DNA of 64,000 nt from positions 1 through 64,000 of the forward strand of contig JBOFUV010000102.1 in the NCBI GenBank assembly GCA_051652765.1, given 5' to 3'. Position numbers and translations under genes: made by a program. The stretch is from Microcoleaceae cyanobacterium (lineage in GTDB: Bacteria; Cyanobacteriota; Cyanobacteriia; Cyanobacteriales; Microcoleaceae). Below, one piece after another: positions 61,188 to 64,000 of this stretch. How positions within the stretch are numbered: the stretch's first letter is position 1; every line of letters starts with the position of its first letter. The notes under the pieces were generated by a model. It saw only the letters and a program-made list of their open reading frames with translations, searched no databases and was not told where the DNA came from.

Positions 61188-62825
61188 CTAAATTGGACAA
61201 GACAGAATCTGCGATCGCTGGCTAAATCGAGCATTTTCTCGATAGTCTACCGGGCAGTCAATCACGGTCGGCACATCTTGGGCCAAGGCTTCCTTCAGAA
61301 TCGGAACCAACTCGGCTGCCGACTCTACTCGATACCCTTTTAACCCCATACTCTCGGCAAATTTTACAAAATCAGGATTATTGAACTTAATGTAGGCAGA
61401 GTGACCAAACTGATCTTCCTGTTTCCATTCAATCAAGCCATAGCCTCCGTCATTAAAGACCAAAGTCACAAAGGCCGTTCCGACTCGTAATGCAGTTTCT
61501 AGTTCTTGACAATTCATCATGAATCCTCCATCTCCAGTCGCCGCAACAACTTTCACATCGGGGTTCACGAGTTTGGCAGCGATCGCCCCTGGAATGGCAA
61601 TTCCCATGGCCGCAAATCCATTGGAGATCAAGCAAGTATTGGGGCGATCGCAGTGGTAGTGACGAGCAATCCACATCTTATGGGCCCCCACATCGGAAAT
61701 CACAATATCACTTGGCCCCATCACTTGGCGCAGGTCATAAATTAGTTTTTGGGGTTTGATGGGATAGCTATTATCCTGTTCATACTGTTCGTAATCTTGG
61801 CGAATTTCGGTGCGTAATTCTAGGGCGTGGGCATCGGATTTGCCGCTGCGATCCGAACGGCGTAAAATTTCCATGAGGGAATCAGAAATATCCCCAATAA
61901 TTTCGGCAATGGGAATATAACTACTGTCGATTTCCGCTGAAGTGGACGCAATATGAATAATTGGAATCGTTCGATTCGGGTTCCACCGTTTTGGCGAGTA
62001 TTCAATCAGATCATAGCCAATGGCAATCACTAAATCGGTTTCATCAAAAGCACAACTGATAAAATCTCGTTTTTGTAATCCGGTTGTCCATAGGGACAGG
62101 GGATGGGTGTAAGGAATCGCCCCTTTGCCCATGAAGGTATTGACCACAGGAATATTGAGTTGAGTGGCAAACTCGGTAACCGCGTCACTGGCATTGGCTC
62201 TCAGGGCTCCGTTTCCCACTAAAATTAACGGGTTTTTCGCCTTGGAGATCGCGATCGCGGCCTCGTTCATACTGTGGTAAGCAGAGTACACTTTTTCTCG
62301 GTTGTCTCGTCGGAGGGGTTGACCTTCAACAGCCATAGCCGCAATATTTTCAGGCAGATCAATATGCACCGCACCGGGCTTTTCCGATTGGGCAATTTTG
62401 AAGGCTTTGCGAACAATTTCTGGGGTGTTGCTCGGGCGAACAATCTGAGAATTCCATTTGGTCACCGGGGCAAACATGGCCACCAAGTCCAAGTATTGGT
62501 GGGATTCAATGTGCATTCGATCCGTGCCGACCTGTCCCGTAATCGCAACTAAGGGCGCACCATCCAAGTTCGCATCGGCAACCCCGGTAATTAAGTTAGT
62601 CGCTCCCGGCCCTAGAGTTGAGAGGCAAACCCCCGCCTTGCCCGTTAACCGTCCGTAGACATCGGCCATAAAAGCTGCGCCCTGTTCATGGCGAGTAGTG
62701 ATGAATTGAATTGAGGACTGTTGCAGGGCTTCTAGAACTGCCATATTCTCTTCACCGGGCAGTCCAAAAACATATTCAACGCCTTCATTTTCCAAGCACT
62801 TGACTAAAAGTTCTGCTGTGTTCAT
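61188..62825 (-). CDS. ogdA: TPP-dependent acetolactate-synthase-like enzyme, probably 2-oxoglutarate decarboxylase
   Basis: FGLPGEEN, RHEQGAAFMAD, GDGGFMMN; directly downstream of SSADH as in the cyanobacterial TCA-bypass operon. Confidence 0.85.
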   Translation of the reverse strand: MNTAELLVKCLENEGVEYVFGLPGEENMAVLEALQQSSIQFITTRHEQGAAFMADVYGRLTGKAGVCLSTLGPGATNLITGVADANLDGAPLVAITGQVGTDRMHIESHQYLDLVAMFAPVTKWNSQIVRPSNTPEIVRKAFKIAQSEKPGAVHIDLPENIAAMAVEGQPLRRDNREKVYSAYHSMNEAAIAISKAKNPLILVGNGALRANASDAVTEFATQLNIPVVNTFMGKGAIPYTHPLSLWTTGLQKRDFISCAFDETDLVIAIGYDLIEYSPKRWNPNRTIPIIHIASTSAEIDSSYIPIAEIIGDISDSLMEILRRSDRSGKSDAHALELRTEIRQDYEQYEQDNSYPIKPQKLIYDLRQVMGPSDIVISDVGAHKMWIARHYHCDRPNTCLISNGFAAMGIAIPGAIAAKLVNPDVKVVAATGDGGFMMNCQELETALRVGTAFVTLVFNDGGYGLIEWKQEDQFGHSAYIKFNNPDFVKFAESMGLKGYRVESAAELVPILKEALAQDVPTVIDCPVDYRENARFSQRSQILSCPI

Positions 62826-62973
62826 GGTAAGAAGCTACTGATTAAAACGAATTTGAATTGATCGTAAGCGCAGTCATCATCGCCTATTCTCGAGCAGAAT
62901 GCCGGTTTGCACGACGGCTCACGGCTGAGTCGAGATGGCGATCGTACTGACACTTAGGGGTTGCTCTAACACC

Positions 62974-64000
62974 CTACTTCACCCAAACAGCCTTGATGTT
63001 GACAAATTCATGCATCCCCTGAATACTCAGTTCTCGACCGTAGCCTGAATGTTTGATGCCGCCAAAGGGGAGACGGGGATCAGATTTGACCAAACCATTG
63101 ATAAACACAGCTCCAGCTTCCAGTTCGGTCATCAGGCGATCACGCTCTAGGGCATCCGTTGTCCAGGCACTGGCCCCCAGACCAAAGGAAGTACTGTTGG
63201 CTAGGGCAATTGCTTCATCCAGGGTCTTAATTCGGAACATGAGCGCTACAGGCCCAAAGAATTCCTCTTGATCGGCTGGAGTGCCTGGGGGAATTTTAGT
63301 CAAAATCGTTGGTGGATAAAAGTTCCCTGAACGATCCAGGGCTTCACCCCCGATCAGGAGACTCGCTCCTTTGGCCAGACAAGTCTGAACTTGTTCATCC
63401 AATTCTTGCAGAATATCTGGGGTCGCCAGCGGGCCAACATCCGTATCCAACATCATCGGATCGCCCAGTTTCAGGGCAGCAAATTTTTCGGCCAGACGTT
63501 GTTCAAATTCATCGGCAATGGACTCAGCCAGAATAAAGCGCTTGGCTGCAATGCAGGACTGACCATTGTTTAACATCCGGGCAGTGACGGCGGCTTCGAT
63601 GGCGGCATTGAGATCGGCGCTCTCCAAAACAATAAACGGATCACTTCCCCCCAATTCTAGAAGGGTTTTCTTGATATGTTTCCCCGCTAGGGAGGCGAGA
63701 CTTGCTCCCGCAGGTTCACTCCCTGTAAGGGTTCCCGCTTTTACCCGTTCGTCTGTAATCACTTGAGCAACTTTGTCTGAGCCAATCAGTAGGGTTTGGA
63801 GGGTGCCCTCGGGAAACCCTGCTGCCTGAAAAATCTCAGCGATCTTGAGGGCACATTGGGGTACATTAGAGGCGTGTTTTAGTAAACCCACATTCCCCGC
63901 CATCAGCGCTGGAGCCGCAAATCGAAACACTTGCCAGAACGGGAAGTTCCAAGGCATGACTGCTAAGATTGGCCCTAGGGGCTGATAGCGAATAAAGCTT
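62974..64000 (-). CDS. gabD: NADP-dependent succinate-semialdehyde dehydrogenase (5' end outside window)
   Basis: MPWNFP.WQV.RF, LELGGSDP, NNGQSCIAAKR, EEFFGP, PFGGIK.SGYGREL. Confidence 0.92.
   Translation of the reverse strand, partial: SFIRYQPLGPILAVMPWNFPFWQVFRFAAPALMAGNVGLLKHASNVPQCALKIAEIFQAAGFPEGTLQTLLIGSDKVAQVITDERVKAGTLTGSEPAGASLASLAGKHIKKTLLELGGSDPFIVLESADLNAAIEAAVTARMLNNGQSCIAAKRFILAESIADEFEQRLAEKFAALKLGDPMMLDTDVGPLATPDILQELDEQVQTCLAKGASLLIGGEALDRSGNFYPPTILTKIPPGTPADQEEFFGPVALMFRIKTLDEAIALANSTSFGLGASAWTTDALERDRLMTELEAGAVFINGLVKSDPRLPFGGIKHSGYGRELSIQGMHEFVNIKAVWVK

Noticed and set aside
1349..63766. Remaining short ORF-track entries nested in or antisense to assigned genes
   Set aside because: Alternative-frame shadows with no independent motif, SD or compositional support

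Overview
Chromosomal window from a cyanobacterium, shown by frequent HIP1 octamers (GCGATCGC) and by ocp-frp, ccmO, pam68, glpX and the ogdA/ssaD TCA-bypass pair. Most of it is core or housekeeping content: thiO, folate transporter, carotenoid oxygenase, rpsO, aroF, trx-x, glpX, hemA, an MsbA-like ABC transporter, corA, moxR, an RND pump, ruvB and a C-S lyase. Three signalling modules are present: an ETR1-like kinase with a NarL regulator and stress genes, a small secreted peptide gene before a 1737-aa TPR/STAND/TM/WD40 protein, and DUF928 with a CHASE2 cyclase. Small decayed accessory pieces include an IS630 remnant, two MITE-like copies and a NACHT fragment. Features absent from the ORF track and read directly from the sequence: a 52-aa basic ORF (52694-52852, -) under a multi-stem, pseudoknot-capable leader; a multibranched candidate ncRNA upstream of ocp; a 21-bp inverted repeat bracketing pam68; a frameshifted membrane-protein gene at a C6 run; and a CHASE3-like kinase start running off the left edge. 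All family assignments come from recognising motifs by eye; no searches were run. No rRNA, tRNA or CRISPR array was found.
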